A stretch of DNA of 64,000 bases, taken from contig CAWGED010000005.1 of NCBI GenBank assembly GCA_963821525.1, forward strand, positions 196,675 to 260,674. Direction: 5' to 3'. The stretch comes from an uncultured Gemmatimonadales bacterium. GTDB taxonomy: Bacteria > Gemmatimonadota > Gemmatimonadetes > Gemmatimonadales > GWC2-71-9. A program made the translations under genes and the position numbers. Positions 8,680 through 19,782 of the stretch are shown here, one piece after another. The notes under the pieces were generated by a model. It saw only the letters and a program-made list of their open reading frames with translations, was not told the DNA's origin and searched no databases. Each line of letters opens with the position of its first letter. Position 1 is the stretch's first letter.

Positions 8680-9726
8680 TCAGGACTCAGTCGGAGGGGA
8701 TTCGGGGCCTTCGCTCGCTCCGCCACGGCCTCTGCGGCCACGCCGCCGCCGCCGCCGTCGGGGCCCGCTTCCCGGCTCCGCGGGGGCCTGAGACGAAGGA
8801 GGCGCGGACTCCCTGGCGGGAGCGGGAGTAGGAGCGGGCGCCGGAGGCGGAGGCGGAGCGATGGTGGCCGCTTCCGGGTGGGCGGCTTCCATTTCGTCCC
8901 GGAGTTGCACCAGCGGGATAATGCGCGAGCCCTGCTCTTCGTGGCGGAGGAAGACCCGCTCCCGGAAGATGTCGACCGCCACCACCTTCTCCGGGCCGCG
9001 GGCAGTCTGAAGCGTCTTCCCCTCGCGGGGGAATCGCTTGCGCGAGGCGACGTAGAACTCGTGTTCGTACTTCAGGCAGCAGAGCAGCCGGCCGCAGCCG
9101 CCGGAGATCTGAGCCGGGTTGAGCGAGAGATGCTGGTCCTTCGCCAACGCCAGGCTCACCGGGGACAGCTCGGTCAGCCAGGTTGAGCAGCAGTATTCCC
9201 GCCCGCAACGGCCCACGCCCTTGAGCCGTGCCGCCTCATCCCGCACGCCGATCTGACGCAACTCGATCCGGGTACGAAACTGTGCTGCGAGATCGCGGAC
9301 CAGGGCGCGGAAGTCCACCCGCTTTTCCGCCGTGAAGAAGATGGTGAGCTTGCCCCGGTCCCACTGCCACTCGGCATCGCTCACCTTCATCTCGAGGGAG
9401 TGTTGCCGGACCTTGTCGATCACCTTGCGGCGGGCTTCTTCTTCGTTCTGGCGCAGTTCGTTTGCGGTGCGGATCTCTTCCTGGGAGGCACGTCGTACCA
9501 CTGGACGCATCGCGGGAGGGGCCGTGGCGCCTACCGCGCACCCGTTGCAGGCGCCGGCGCATTTCTTCTGCGCCACCTCTCCCGCCGAAAACACCCGTCC
9601 GAAGTCGAGGCCACGCTCCGCCTCGACCACGACCGCTTCCTTCAGCCGGAGCGGATCCTGCTCGTCGGTCCAGAGGAAAAAGTCGCGGCGGGTACCCTTG
9701 AAGCGTACTTCGACGGTTTGAGGCAT
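8680..9726 (-). CDS. ricT: PSP1 domain protein (RicT/YaaT-like) with Pro/Arg-rich tail
   Basis: GRCGREYCCSTWL...GGCGRLLCCLKYE, the PSP1 C-terminal signature. Confidence 0.85.
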   Translation of the reverse strand: MPQTVEVRFKGTRRDFFLWTDEQDPLRLKEAVVVEAERGLDFGRVFSAGEVAQKKCAGACNGCAVGATAPPAMRPVVRRASQEEIRTANELRQNEEEARRKVIDKVRQHSLEMKVSDAEWQWDRGKLTIFFTAEKRVDFRALVRDLAAQFRTRIELRQIGVRDEAARLKGVGRCGREYCCSTWLTELSPVSLALAKDQHLSLNPAQISGGCGRLLCCLKYEHEFYVASRKRFPREGKTLQTARGPEKVVAVDIFRERVFLRHEEQGSRIIPLVQLRDEMEAAHPEAATIAPPPPPAPAPTPAPARESAPPSSQAPAEPGSGPRRRRRRRGRRGRGGASEGPESPPTES

Positions 9727-10688
9727 CAGGTCTCGGTAAAAGCGCCCATGGCCGCGTACTTGTCAGCACGGCGGCGCACCAGCTTTTCGGGCCGGACCTT
9801 TCGCAACTCCGTCATGTGGCGAATGAGAGCTTCTCGCAGAGCCTCACCGGTCGCGTCGGGGTCGAAATGCGCCCCTCCGAGCGGTTCCGGAATAATTTCG
9901 TCAATGAGCTTGAGTCGGAGCAGGTCCTGCGCCGTCAGCTTCAATGCATCGGCCGCCCGTTCCCGCTGAGAGGCGTCCTTCCAGAGAATCGCCGCGCATC
10001 CCTCGGGCGAAATGACTGAATAGACCGAGTTCTCCAGCATCAGCACCCGGTCGGCCACACCGAGCGCGAGCGCTCCGCCGGAGCCACCCTCGCCGACGAC
10101 GACCGCGATGCAGGGCGTCGGGAGTGCGGCCATCTCCAGAATGCTGCGGGCCAGGGCTTCCGACTGTCCCCGCTCCTCCGCGCCGAGTCCTGGATAGGCG
10201 CCCGGCGTGTCGATGAGGGAGATGACCGGAGCGCTGAACTTGGCCGCCAGCTTCATGAGGCGGAGCGCCTTGCGGTATCCCTCCGGGTGCGCCATGCCGA
10301 AATTGCGCTTGAGATTCTCCTTGGTGTCCCGCCCCTTCTGGTGCCCGATCACCATCACCGAGACGCCGGCCAGCCGGGCCCAGCCCCCGACGATCGCCGG
10401 ATCGTCGCGGTACAACCGGTCTCCGTGAAGCTCGATGAAGTCGGTAAAGATGGTGCTCAGGTAATCGAGCGTGTAAGGCCGGCGTGAATGGCGCGCCACC
10501 TGCACCCGCTGCATTGGGGTCAGGTTCATGTAGATCTCGGATCGGAGGGTGTTGAGCCGGACCTGGAGGAGACGGGCTTCTTCCGAAACGTCGATCTGCT
10601 GCTTCTCGCCCAGCTGGGTGAGATCCTCGATCTGCCGCTCCAGTTCCTGCAGGGGCCGCTCAAAATCGAGACTGTAGGTGTTCGCCAT
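9726..10688 (-). CDS. accA: acetyl-CoA carboxylase carboxyltransferase subunit alpha
   Basis: LDFERPLQELERQIEDL...ARHSRRPYTLDY...LIDTPGAYPGLGAEERGQSEA. Confidence 0.95.
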   Translation of the reverse strand: MANTYSLDFERPLQELERQIEDLTQLGEKQQIDVSEEARLLQVRLNTLRSEIYMNLTPMQRVQVARHSRRPYTLDYLSTIFTDFIELHGDRLYRDDPAIVGGWARLAGVSVMVIGHQKGRDTKENLKRNFGMAHPEGYRKALRLMKLAAKFSAPVISLIDTPGAYPGLGAEERGQSEALARSILEMAALPTPCIAVVVGEGGSGGALALGVADRVLMLENSVYSVISPEGCAAILWKDASQRERAADALKLTAQDLLRLKLIDEIIPEPLGGAHFDPDATGEALREALIRHMTELRKVRPEKLVRRRADKYAAMGAFTET

Positions 10689-10711
10689 TTCGTTTCTAAG
10701 AGAGGAGCCCC

Positions 10712-10770
10712 AAGCCCGAAGCCGTAAGCCATAAGCATGAGAGCCTAAGGCCTATGGCTTATGGCATTCC
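10712..10770. repeat. 7-nt periodic inverted-repeat element C (CCGTAAG/CCATAAG vs CCTATGG/CTTATGG)
   Basis: ccgaagc cgtaagc cataagc atgagag cctaagg cctatgg cttatgg. Lies between the dnaE stop and the accA start. Confidence 0.75.
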
Positions 10771-10807
10771 CCCGAAAGGGGTTTCTGGTTCGCGGTTTCG
10801 CCCAGGG

Positions 10808-13800
10808 TTAGCCTGCCCGAACATACTGCACGTGCTCGGCACCCAGCAACCTGCGGAGTCCCTGGATCAGCTCCTCATCCGGGGCAATCCTGACCCGTCT
10901 GGACCGGGCCCTCAGCCGCTCTCCATTCCCGTCGCTCCATTCAATATAGAGCGGAGCCGGGCCCGGGTGAGCGGCGCAGAGCGCTACGGCTTCCTTGATT
11001 CGCTCGGGGGGCGGGGCTTCTGGTGCCTTCCAGCGGAGCGCCACGCCGAGGGCTCCGCTGGGTATGAGCTCATCGAGCGGCCGCGCCAATTCTACGACGA
11101 ACGGTGCCCGTTCCTCCCCGCGATCCCGGGCGCTGTAGCCGCCCGTGAGCAGCACAGGCAAATCGTCACGGATCACCTGGTTGAGCCGGGCCCAGGCGTC
11201 CGGGAAGACGATGGCTTCCGCCGTCCCGTGGAAATCCTCGAGGGTGATCCGGGCGTACTCCTTCCCGGTCTTCTTGGAGATCTGCCGTTTCACCAAAGTG
11301 ATGACCGCCGCGATCGTCACCTGGTGTTCACTCCATTCTCCGAGCGTGCTCGTGGTCCGGGTGCCGAACACTTCAACCTCGGCGCGGAACCGTTCCAGCG
11401 GATGGCCCGAGATGAAGAAGCCCAGGACCTCCTTCTCCTTCGCCAACCGGTCGGCTTCACTCCATTCGGGCACTTCCGGCAACGTCTCCTGGTGATGCCG
11501 CGCGGCGACCGCATCTCCGAACAAGGAGGCTTGTCCCGCCTCCCGCTCCTGTTGGGCCAGTTGTGCTTCGCCCAGCGCCTCATCCAGCCCAGCCGCGAAC
11601 TGCGCGCGGTGCCCGCCCAGGGAGTCCAGCGCACCTGCAGCGACGAGGGATTCGATCACCCGCTTGTTGGCGAGGCGCAAATCAATCCGGCTGGCGAAGT
11701 CTGGCAGTGATTTGAACGGCGCGTCCTTCCGCGCGGCGATGAACGAGTCGATTGCCCCGCGCCCCACGTTCCGCACCGCGCCCAGCCCGAAGCGCAGCCT
11801 CCGGTCTCCAATCACCGTGAACTTGAACCCCGACTCATTCACGTCGGGTGGGAGCACCTCGAGGTCCAGCTCCCGGGCCTCGTTGATGTACTGCACCACC
11901 TTGTCAGTATTCCCGATTTCGGACGAGAGCAGCGCAGCCAGAAACTCGGCGGGGTAGTAGGTCTTGAGCCACGCCGTCTGGTACGACAGGAGCGAGTAGG
12001 CGACCGAGTGCGACTTGTTGAAGCCGTACCGGCCGAAGGTCTTGATCTGGCCTCCCAGCTCCTCCGCCAGTCTGCGCTGAATGCCGTTGGCGACGGCCCG
12101 CTCGATGAACCGCCCAACTTCCTTGTCGATGAGCTCCTGATCTTTCTTGCCTACTGCCTTCCGCAGCACGTCGGCTTCGGCCAGGCTGTATCCCGCGAGC
12201 ACGTTCGCGATGCGCATCACCTGCTCCTGGTAGGTGATGACGCCATAGGTCGGCTCGAGCACCTCGGCAAGCAACGGATGCGGGTAGGTAACCGTTTCCT
12301 GTCCCAGCTTGCGCCGAATGAAGACCAGGTGCATGCCGGCATCGAGCGGCCCGGGACGCAATAGCGCGTTCGAAGCCACCAGATCATCGAACCGGTCGCA
12401 CTTCATGTTGCGTAGGGTGTCGGTGGCCAGCGGAGATTCGAACTGGAATACGCCGGCCGTCCGGCCGTGCCTCAGCATCTCGTAGACTTTGGGATCGTCG
12501 AGCCCCAGCGTGTCCATGTCGAGCGTAATGCCGTGACGCTCCTTGATCATTTCGATCGCATCGTGGATCACGGTCAGCGTCTTGAGGCCGAGCATGTCCA
12601 TCTTCAGCATGCCGACCTTCTCGAGGGCGTCCATTTCGTACTGCGTGATGATCGCGTCTTCGCCCTCGGCCGTGGCCCCGGCGCCCTTGGTCGGCGCGGT
12701 GCATACCGGTACGTACTCGGTAAGTGGTCCCGGAGCGATCACCACTCCCGCCGCATGCACCGACATGTGCCGGGAGATGCCTTCGATTCGGGAGCCCAGA
12801 CGTCACCAGCCGGCTGTACACCGGATCGTTCCGCACCAGGTCCCGGAGCTCGGGTACTCGGTCTACGGCCTCTTCGATGCTCAGGCTGTAGGCCGGTCCC
12901 GAGGGGATGAGCTTGGTGAGCCGGTCGGCGTCACTGGGCGGGATCCGCAGCAGCCGGGCTACGTCCTTGAGCGCTGCCCGCGCCTTCAGGGTTCCAAAGG
13001 TGATGATCTGACCCACGCTCTGGCGCCCGTAACGTTCCCGGACGTACTCGATCACTTCACCCCGGCGTTCGAAGCAGAAGTCCACGTCGATGTCCGGCAT
13101 GGATATCCGCTCGGGATTCAGGAAGCGCTCGAACAGCAGATCGAACCTGAGCGGATCGACGTTGGTGATGCCGAGCGAATAGGCGACCAGCGAGCCGGCG
13201 GCGGAACCGCGGCCGGGGCCCACGGGGATCCCGCGCTCCCGTGCCGCCGCGATGAAGTCTTGTACAATCAGGAAGTAACCCGCGTATCCCGCCTTGTTGA
13301 TCACCCCGAGCTCGTAGGCCAGCCGCTCCTGGACTGCCTGGGGCAAGGGTGAGCCGTACCGGGCGCTGGCTCCTTGCCGCGCGAGATCCTCCAGGAGCTG
13401 CTCATCACTCGTGTGCGTGGCAGGGCGGGGGAAACTCGGGAGGAAATACTTCTTCTCGAAGCTGAATTCGCAGAGGTTGGCCACCTTCGCCGTATTGGCC
13501 AGGACCTCCGGCGTGCGCTCGAACAGCGCCGCCATCTCCCGCTCCGACTTGACGTACGACTCCTGCCCCATGAAGCGGAATCGCTTCGGGTCGTCCAGTT
13601 CGGCGCCGGTTCCGATCGCGAGCAGTACGTCGTGGGCCTCGGCATCCTCCCGCCGGAGGTAGTGCGCGTCATTGGTAGCGACGACTCCAAGGCCCAACTC
13701 CTGGCCCAGCTGGAACATTCCGGCATTCACCTGGACCTCTTCCGGAATGCCGTGCTGCTGCACCTCCAGCCAAAAGCCGTCCGGTCCGAAGGTCCTGGCG

Positions 13801-14288
13801 AACCATTCGGCGGAGCGCTTCGCCTCCTCGTAGTTGCCTTGCCGCAGGTAGAGCGAGATCTCCCCAGACAGACATGCCGCGAGCCCGACCAGTCCCTCGG
13901 AATGTTCCGCGAGGACTTCCTTGTCGATCCGCGGCCGGCGGTAGAAGCCCTCCAGATAACCGATGGAGCTCAGCCGGACCAGGTTCCGGTAGCCCGCACG
14001 GTTCTTTGCCAGCAACACGAGATGGCTGTAGATCCCGGGCGCGCCCTGCGGCTTCTGCTGATTTCTTCGGGAACCGAAGGCGAGATACGCCTCGAAGCCG
14101 AGGATCGGGCGGATGCCCTTCGCCTTGGCGTGATCGTAGAACGACCATGCCGCGTGAAGGTTGCCGTGGTCCGTCACGGCCAGGCTGTCCATACCGAGGC
14201 GCTTTACGTGATCAACCAGCTCGGGTATTCGGTTGGCGCCGTCGAGGAGGGAGTACTCGGAGTGGGTGTGGAGATGAACGAATGCCAT
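10808..14288 (-). CDS. dnaE: DNA polymerase III subunit alpha; frame broken near 12791-12806
   Basis: MAFVHLHTHSEYSLLDGA (PHP domain) in ORF 12384..14336. Continues as GSRIEGISRHMSVHAAGVVIAP... in ORF 10808..12766. Confidence 0.95.
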
Positions 14289-14373
14289 GGTAGTTCGCTG
14301 TCCACGGTTCCTCGTCGCGATCCTGCCGTGCCGCATGCGCGGCCGGCCCCAATCGCTGATGGCCCGCGAACAG

Positions 14374-15060
14374 CTATTTCTCCCGGTCCTGGAGCTCCTT
14401 CAACACGGCGCCCAGCGGGACACCGCGCGACTGCAGGAGCACCAGCAGGTGATAGAGGAGATCGGCCGCCTCGGACGCGAGACGGTGTTCATCCTCCGAA
14501 TTCGCTGCGACTACAACTTCAACTGCCTCTTCTCCGACCTTCTGCGAGATCTTGCCACGGCCCTGTTCCAGCAGCGAGGCCGTGTAGGAACCCGGCTGAG
14601 GATTCCGCGCCCGGCTGGCGATCAGGGCGGCGAGGCGACTCAACTGATGCCCGCCCGGATCTTCCTCTTCAACCGGCCGGATCGATTCATCCTGCGGGGA
14701 AGAATCCCGCCGAACCGCCTTCGAGAAGCAAGTCCGGGTTCCGGTGTGGCAGGCGGGCCCGGTCTGCTCCACCCGGTACAACACCGCGTCGCCGTCGCAG
14801 TCGAGCCGGATCTCGACGACTCGCTGTTCGTGCCCGGAGGTCTCGCCCTTGCGCCACAGCGTCTGGCGGCTGCGACTGTAGTAGTGCGCTTTGCCGCTCA
14901 GCAGCGTCTGTTCCAGCGCTTCCCGGTTGGCCCAGGCGAGCATCAGCACATCGCCCGAGAGGCGTTCCTGAGCGACCACGGGCACCAGTCCATCGGTGCC
15001 GAAACGGACCTCTTCGAGCCAGTTCGCGGCAGTCACGCCCGAAGGTATTCGGAGGGTCAA
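14374..15060 (-). CDS. hisIE: bifunctional phosphoribosyl-AMP cyclohydrolase / phosphoribosyl-ATP pyrophosphatase
   Basis: LVPVVAQE...MLAWANREA...[18 protein letters not shown]...DCDGDAVL...ACHTG, plus the HisE-type C-terminus [14 protein letters not shown]. Confidence 0.9.
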   Translation of the reverse strand: MTLRIPSGVTAANWLEEVRFGTDGLVPVVAQERLSGDVLMLAWANREALEQTLLSGKAHYYSRSRQTLWRKGETSGHEQRVVEIRLDCDGDAVLYRVEQTGPACHTGTRTCFSKAVRRDSSPQDESIRPVEEEDPGGHQLSRLAALIASRARNPQPGSYTASLLEQGRGKISQKVGEEAVEVVVAANSEDEHRLASEAADLLYHLLVLLQSRGVPLGAVLKELQDREK

Positions 15061-15101
15061 CGATTGTCAAAACCCGTTGTGCTGCTTTATCTTGCCTCGC
15101 G

Positions 15102-15989
15102 ATGCCGAGCCTCCGGCTTGCCGCGTACTGTTCTCTCCTCACGATGTCGGCAGCCACTAACGGGGCCGCACAATCTCCCCGACCCACCCCACTCGCCACC
15201 ACCTTACCGATTTCGGTCCGTTTCGCCGGATTGGGCGGTGCCTCCGTGGCCGTGAGCGGGGACGCCGGTTCAGTGTTCTTCAACCCGACCGGGCTTGCCA
15301 CCGTACGGAATATCGCGGTCGAAGGCTCGCTGCAGCGATATCCCGATGGCACCGCCGAAACCATGGGTGCTGCGGCGTTTCGGTTGCTGCAATTCGATCT
15401 GGGGGGCGGGTATCACTACCTTCGATTCAACAGTGATTCGCCGATCAAGGACAACATCATGTGGGTCGGTTCGGCCACGTACCGATTCGGAATCATTGCG
15501 GTCGGTGGCACGACCAAGTACGTCTCGCAGGAGGACTCGGCGGGAAAGATTCTCCGCTCCGGGTCGGTCGACGCCGGACTCGGCATCTATGTGTTCGACC
15601 TGATGTCGCTCGGCTTCTCGGTGCAGAACCTGGGAGACTGGGCGGTGAGCGGAGGCGGCGTCGAGCTTCCGACGAGCAAGCATTTCGGGTTCACCTTCAA
15701 TTTCGTGGATCCGCAGGAGACGGCGCGGCTTCTTGCTACCATGGACGTCGCCTGGACCGAAGGCCAGGACCGGCGGACCGTGCTCGGCGCCGAAGCCGGT
15801 GTAGTCTTGAGCGGAGTCGGGCTGGTGGGTCGGGTCGGATATGGCGCGGCGCCCGATGGTTCAGGCCAGCGCGACGTCTCCTTCGGCGCCAGCCTGGTGT
15901 TGAGTCGGGTGAATATTGACTACGCCCATCAAACACGCACTACGCTGGGCGACTACGTTCACCGGTTCGGCGTGCGGTTCACCCTCTGA
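15102..15989 (+). CDS. outer-membrane beta-barrel protein (FadL/PorV-like NPxGL motif)
   Basis: Real 3' part of the 871-aa track ORF 13374..15989. Signal peptide, GLGGASVAVSGDAGSVFFNPTGLA, alternating beta-strand pattern, C-terminal RFGVRFTL. Confidence 0.65.
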   Translation: MPSLRLAAYCSLLTMSAATNGAAQSPRPTPLATTLPISVRFAGLGGASVAVSGDAGSVFFNPTGLATVRNIAVEGSLQRYPDGTAETMGAAAFRLLQFDLGGGYHYLRFNSDSPIKDNIMWVGSATYRFGIIAVGGTTKYVSQEDSAGKILRSGSVDAGLGIYVFDLMSLGFSVQNLGDWAVSGGGVELPTSKHFGFTFNFVDPQETARLLATMDVAWTEGQDRRTVLGAEAGVVLSGVGLVGRVGYGAAPDGSGQRDVSFGASLVLSRVNIDYAHQTRTTLGDYVHRFGVRFTL

Positions 15990-17062
15990 TGAAGCGGCGG
16001 GCGATCGTGATCTTTCTCATCGTGGTTGGCGCGCTCATGGCCGGCTATGGCACCGCGTATGTCGCGAGCGAAGACGTTCGCTACATCACCCGTGCCGGGT
16101 TCGAACAAACCCACATTCTTCAGGCCCGGCGCCCCATCTCGAAAATCCTGGCCGATCCCAAGACCGACGCCGCTACTCGCGGTTCACTCGAACTGGTGCT
16201 GGCCGCGCGCGACTTCGCGGCTCAGCTCGATTTCGAGGCGAAGGACACCTACACGACGTACTCCGATATCGGGCGCGACACCCTGCTCGTCGTGCTGTCT
16301 GCGTCTCCCAAGAATTGTCTCTGCCCCTATACGTGGAAGTACCCGATCGTCGGGAGGATTCCCTACAAGGGCTTCTTCGATCCCGCGATGGCGCGGAAGG
16401 AAACCAGCAAGCTCGACGCGATGGGCTACGACACCTATCTGCGGCCGGCCGCCGCGTTCTCGACGCTGGGCTGGTTCAACGACCCGCTGCTTTCGACCGC
16501 GATGACCCGGGATTCAGTCGAGCTTGCGGCGCTGGTCCTGCACGAGATCGCCCACAACACACTCTACGTGAAGAGTGCGACACCCTTCAACGAAAGCTTC
16601 GCCCAGCTCGCCGGATATCGCGGAGCGGAAGCGTTCTTCCGCTCCCGCGGAGAGCAGGAGGCCGCTGACAAAGCAGCCGCACGCTGGGAGGACGAAGTCG
16701 TTCTGAGCGGCTACTACACCGCTCTCGCTGCCCGGCTCGACAGCCTGTATCAGTCCACGCCCGACTCGGCAGCACTCGCCGCTGGGCGAGCCAGTATCGC
16801 CGCCTGGGCCCGGGAGCAGCTCCAGGGGCCGATCGCCCAGCAGCTTCGCTCCTACCGGATCGGACGGATCTCCGAGCGTCCCATCAACAACGCGCAGATC
16901 ATCTCGGCGAGAATCTACCGGACGCGGCTCGACCTGTTTGACCGCTGGTATCAGAAGGAGGGACAGGACATCAAGCTGGCGGTGAAGGATCTCAAGGCAC
17001 AGCTGGATGGAGTCACGGGCGACTCGGCGTTTGCGGTGCTGGAAAAAGCGGTGGGCGAGTAA
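15989..17062 (+). CDS. putative aminopeptidase (DUF2265/Aminopep family zinc peptidase)
   Basis: N-terminal anchor and the HEIAHN zinc motif followed by NESFAQ. Start overlaps the stop of the barrel gene. Confidence 0.7.
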   Translation: MKRRAIVIFLIVVGALMAGYGTAYVASEDVRYITRAGFEQTHILQARRPISKILADPKTDAATRGSLELVLAARDFAAQLDFEAKDTYTTYSDIGRDTLLVVLSASPKNCLCPYTWKYPIVGRIPYKGFFDPAMARKETSKLDAMGYDTYLRPAAAFSTLGWFNDPLLSTAMTRDSVELAALVLHEIAHNTLYVKSATPFNESFAQLAGYRGAEAFFRSRGEQEAADKAAARWEDEVVLSGYYTALAARLDSLYQSTPDSAALAAGRASIAAWAREQLQGPIAQQLRSYRIGRISERPINNAQIISARIYRTRLDLFDRWYQKEGQDIKLAVKDLKAQLDGVTGDSAFAVLEKAVGE

Positions 17063-17068
17063 CTGAAA

Positions 17069-17258
17069 GCGGTGAACAGGGAACCGGGAAAGGGAACCGG
17101 AGCAGGGTGAACTGATCTAGCACCTCATCCCGAGGAGTTACGTCGCGAGCAGGATCTCCCTGCCTTGACACTTCGGATAGGACGCTAGATCCCTCGCTGC
17201 GCTCGGGATGAGGTTCTCACCCGGTCCCGCATTCCCCTTCCGCCCTCCCGCCTTACCG
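17069..17258. repeat. 7-nt periodic inverted-repeat element D with a nested inner palindrome pair
   Basis: Outer arms ggtgaac agggaac cgggaaa gggaacc ggagcag ggtgaac vs gttctca cccggtc ccgcatt cccctt.. The core carries CCTCATCCCGAG (17124-17135) and its complement CTCGGGATGAGG (17201-17212). Confidence 0.8.
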
Positions 17259-18293
17259 CCTCAGGGTCACATCCCCCGACCCGGTCTCGATATCAATCCT
17301 CCCCTGACCGTCCCCCAGCTTCGCGATCAGTTTGCCTTCCTCTTTACGGATCAACTGGACCGGAAAGTCCACCTGGAATTCGCCGCTCCCGGTCTCGAGG
17401 CTCAGCTCGGCTCCGACAGCTTCTGGAATTCGCAGGGTGACATTGCCGGAACCGGTCTCCGCGTCCAGCGAATTGACGTCGGTCTCGAGGGTCACCTCCA
17501 CGTCGCCGCTCCCGGCGCTCAGCTCGAGGTCGGTGGACTTGGCGGCGGCGATCGTGATGTTGCCCGAACCGGTCTCGATGTCGAGCCGGGGCGATTCGAT
17601 CTGGCTGCCTTGCACGTTGCCGCTCCCCGTCTCGATGTCGAGGACGGTTCCCTTGAACGTGGTTACCCTGACGTCTCCCGAACCGGTGTCGATATTGAGC
17701 GTGCCGCTGGCCGTCGTCGCCTCGACGTTGCCCGATCCCGTGTCCACGTGGAGCTGACCGCCGACCGAGGTCATCCGGATATCGCCTGAAGCGGCGTCCA
17801 GGCTGATGTCTCCATTCACATTCGAGGCCTCAATCTTCCCCACGCCAAGGAATACGGCGATTCGCTGGCCCTCGGGTACTCGAACCGTGATGTCGGCATG
17901 GGCCTCGAGGCCGTCACCGTCGCCTCTTACCGAGATGCGGCGGGAGTGCTTGCCGCTGTCGCCCCAGGTCCCGTCGTCATTGACGCTGAAGTTGGAATTG
18001 GAGTGGCGGCCGAGAGCGGGATAGACGATGTGATCTTCGGGGAAATTGACTCGGATCGCCGGGCGACCCCTGATCGAGGTGGATTCAACCGTGAGCTTGC
18101 CGGCGTCCTTGCCACCCGGCCTCACTTCGACCTGGACCGAAGGGCCGCTCCCTCGCTCAACCGTCATCTCGCCGACCAGATCGTATACCGCCACGTCCTG
18201 GCCCTGCAGAGTGAAGGTCTTGGTTTGAGCCGCGGCGACAGCGGGGAAGGCAGCCAGCACTGCTACGAGTGTAGAAGAAAGGGCGCGCATCAT
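17253..18293 (-). CDS. DUF4097-family beta-strand repeat protein (putative adhesin), secreted
   Basis: Signal peptide MMRALSSTLVAVLAAFPAVAAAQ. Repeated xxTGSGNVxx / ETGSGDV units. ATG at 18293 chosen over track start 18500. Confidence 0.8.
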   Translation of the reverse strand: MMRALSSTLVAVLAAFPAVAAAQTKTFTLQGQDVAVYDLVGEMTVERGSGPSVQVEVRPGGKDAGKLTVESTSIRGRPAIRVNFPEDHIVYPALGRHSNSNFSVNDDGTWGDSGKHSRRISVRGDGDGLEAHADITVRVPEGQRIAVFLGVGKIEASNVNGDISLDAASGDIRMTSVGGQLHVDTGSGNVEATTASGTLNIDTGSGDVRVTTFKGTVLDIETGSGNVQGSQIESPRLDIETGSGNITIAAAKSTDLELSAGSGDVEVTLETDVNSLDAETGSGNVTLRIPEAVGAELSLETGSGEFQVDFPVQLIRKEEGKLIAKLGDGQGRIDIETGSGDVTLRR

Positions 18294-18412
18294 GTTCTCC
18301 GGGGAGCGGTGCTGGCTTTGACGGGCCCGGGAGAGGGAAGGTTGCACCAGCCTATCGCCCACAGGCTTGGGGCGGCATACTACACCTGTCTTTTCGGGAA
18401 AGGTCAGCGAGG

Positions 18413-19263
18413 ATGGCGCGGGATCTTCTGCCCATGGTGCGGCAGGCACTAAGCGGGCGTTATGAAGTCGATCGCGAGATCGGCCGGGGCGGAGCCGCAC
18501 GGGTGTTCGCCGCGCGGGCCAGCGATGGGAGACTGGTGGCCCTCAAGGTCCTGCATCCCCAGCTTGCCGCCAGCGTTGCCGCGGAGCGTTTCTTCCGGGA
18601 GATCCATCACCTGGCACCGCTGGAGCATCCCCACATCGCCCGTCTGATTGACTACGGTGAGGAAGACTGGGTCCTCTACTACGTGATGGATTACGTCGAA
18701 GGGCCTACCCTCAAGCAACATCTTCAGGCGGTGCGGCGGGCAGGGATCAGCGATACGCTGCGAATCGCGCATGACGTGCTGGATGCCCTGGCCTGCGCTC
18801 ATGACCGGGGCATCGTGCACCGAGACGTCAAGCCGGAAAACATTCTGCTGGCACCTCAGGGTGCGGTGCTCGTGGATTTTGGGATCGCGCGGGCAGTCTC
18901 CCAGGCCGGGGCGGACCGGCTGACCCGTTCAGGCTTCGCCGTCGGCACTTCGGCCTACATGAGCCCGGAGCAGATCGCCGGTTCCGACGATATCGACGCC
19001 CGCTCCGATATCTATTCGCTGGGGTGTGTGCTGTTCGAATGCCCTGGCTGGACGACCGCCCTACGAGGATCCGCTTCGAGGATGCCGTGTTGCGGCTCCA
19101 CCGGACCGCTCCGGTTCCATCGGTTCTGGAACGCCGGGAAGACACGCCGCCGGCACTCGCGGAGGCCATTCACCGCGCGATGGCGAAAGATCCTGCGGAC
19201 CGGTGGCCCAGCGCCCAGATGATGCGTTCGGCCCTGCCCGAGTTGGAACCCTCCCCCCGCTAG
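18413..19263 (+). CDS. serine/threonine protein kinase (kinase domain only); two frame breaks near 19038-19045 and 19066-19082
   Basis: GRGGAARVF...VALKVL, HRDVKPENILL, DFGIA, SAYMSPEQ. LAGRPPYE and AMAKDPADRWPSA lie in the two other frames. Confidence 0.85.
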
Positions 19264-19269
19264 CTCCGC

Positions 19270-19782
19270 TCAGCTCGTCTCACTCAAGACCCTCTGGTAT
19301 TCGTGCAGGTCCGTCTCGCTGAAACAGACGAACCGTACCAGCTCCACGTTCGGATGAGTTCGGACCGTATCGCGCACGGTGCGCACCGCGATTTCCGTCG
19401 CCTGATCCAGCGGGTAGCCGTAGATCCCGGTGCTGATGGCGGGGAATGCGATGGATCGAAGCCCGTACTCGTCCGCCAGCTCGAGTGACCGCCGGTAACA
19501 ACTGGCCAAATCGTCCGGTTCTCCCTTGGCGCCACCGTGCCACACCGGGCCGACGGCGTGAATCACATGGCTGGCCTTGAGAGCAAATCCCGGAGTAATC
19601 CGGGCATCTCCGGTCGGGCAGCCTCCCAGTTCGGCGCAGGCCCTGGCTAACTCGGGGCCAGCTGCCCTGTGGATGGCGCCGCAAACTCCCCCGCCCGGAG
19701 CGAGCGAGGAGTTGGCGGCATTGACGATGGCGTCGGTGGTTTCCTGCGTGATATCGCCGCTTACGGCGAGCAACCTGGACAT
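19270..19782 (-). CDS. macro domain protein (O-acetyl-ADP-ribose deacetylase-like)
   Basis: [34 protein letters not shown]...[10 protein letters not shown]...[15 protein letters not shown]. Confidence 0.9.
   Translation of the reverse strand: MSRLLAVSGDITQETTDAIVNAANSSLAPGGGVCGAIHRAAGPELARACAELGGCPTGDARITPGFALKASHVIHAVGPVWHGGAKGEPDDLASCYRRSLELADEYGLRSIAFPAISTGIYGYPLDQATEIAVRTVRDTVRTHPNVELVRFVCFSETDLHEYQRVLSETS

Noticed and set aside
7735-9186. 483-aa plus-strand ORF
   Set aside because: Antisense to the clearly real metG and PSP1 genes, with off-composition (R/G/P/A-rich) translation.
12780-12810. The dnaE frame break as programmed ribosomal frameshifting
   Set aside because: Programmed frameshifting is known for dnaX, not dnaE. 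No slippery heptamer or downstream structure is seen, and the window contains dozens of similar breaks in unrelated genes.
13374-15101. 5' 1.7 kb of the 871-aa plus-strand ORF 13374..15989
   Set aside because: It is antisense to dnaE and hisIE, and its translation is Arg/Pro/Gly-rich junk typical of high-GC antisense frames. Only the last 295 codons (from the ATG at 15102) look like a real beta-barrel protein.
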